Shown here piece after piece: positions 63,370 through 64,000 of a stretch of 64,000 nucleotides of DNA (position 1 is the first letter of the stretch; every line of letters begins with the position of its first letter). Source of the stretch: the human T2T-CHM13v2.0 reference genome, Homo sapiens. The translations under genes were made by a program, and so were the position numbers. Where the stretch lies: NCBI RefSeq assembly GCF_009914755.1, contig NC_060930.1. One strand, 5' to 3'. The notes under the pieces were generated by a model. It had not been told where the DNA came from, ran no database searches, and saw only the letters and a list, made by a program, of their open reading frames with translations.

Positions 63370-64000
63370 TCATATTTTAATGTTTCTTTTCTTGCCTGAA
63401 ACTTTTTATTGGGTGCCAGACATTGTGAATTTTATCTTGTTGGGTGCTGGGTATTTTTAAATTCCTGTAAATATTTTTAAGTTTTGTTATGGGAGGTAGT
63501 CAAGTGACTTGGAAACAGTTTGATTCCCTCAGATTTTGCTTTTAAGATTTCTCAGGTGGGGCAACAGCAGGATTTATTCTGGAGATAATTATTTTGCACC
63601 TGAGACAAGAATTTTCTGAGTCCTGTACTCAATGCCACATAGAGGTTTTCCATTCTGCAAGTGGGAATGGGCACTGGTCCCAAATGAGCTCCAGCTAAGC
63701 TACTGTTTCTCCTAATCCTTTTGGGTGGTTCTTTTTACCTGGCCTTGGTCAGTTTCCTTGCACGCACCTGCTGATCAGCACTCGCTGAATACTCAAGGGC
63801 AGCCCTCTGAGGCTCTTGCCAATCTTCTCCGTCTTCCATTACTCTGCACTGTGAACTGCAGCCCTCTGTCTCTCCAAATTCTCATATCAATTTTCCCAAC
63901 TCAGGGAGTTTGCTGGGTTCTGCTTATATTCCCTCTTTTTGGATCACAGCCTGGAAACTCCCTCAAGCCTGAAAGCCAGGGCAAGCATGAGGCTTACCTT
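63370..64000 (-). mobile_element. old L1M 5' region
   Basis: ttttattgggtgccagacattgtgaattttatcttgttgggtgctgg…gtgacttggaaacagtttgat resembles L1M4/L1ME 5' sequence. Confidence 0.6.

Overview
Primate, most likely human, AT-rich genomic DNA; AluY and L1PA2/3-like elements point to a hominoid. A large part of the window is interspersed repeats: L1PA/L1M, AluY/S, MIR, L2, CR1/L3, MLT1 LTRs, MER5A/MER20/MADE1 DNA elements and STRs. No intact protein-coding ORF is visible; nearly all ORF-track hits are repeat-derived or random. A strong minus-strand splice acceptor at 45922/45923, followed by short stop-terminated frames and a nearly repeat-free 3'UTR-like block (~42700-45900), suggests the last exon of a minus-strand gene I cannot name. 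A second candidate exon lies at 55946-56069. The most informative structure is retrotransposition and repair archaeology. (i) An L1PA insertion bounded by a 16-bp TSD (24982/26900) combines a ~690-bp 3' transduction, a twin-priming 5' inversion and a nested 49-bp insertion. (ii) A short L1PA2/3-like insertion carries a ~38-bp 3' transduction; it sits inside a decayed hAT/Charlie (Buster-like) transposase, and its empty site is preserved in a 110-bp duplicate just upstream. (iii) A fold-back templated-insertion scar interrupts a MIR. (iv) An L1 appears to have split a MADE1. I found no convincing evidence of a wholly new biological system. Repeat subfamily calls are from memory of consensus sequences, not from a search.
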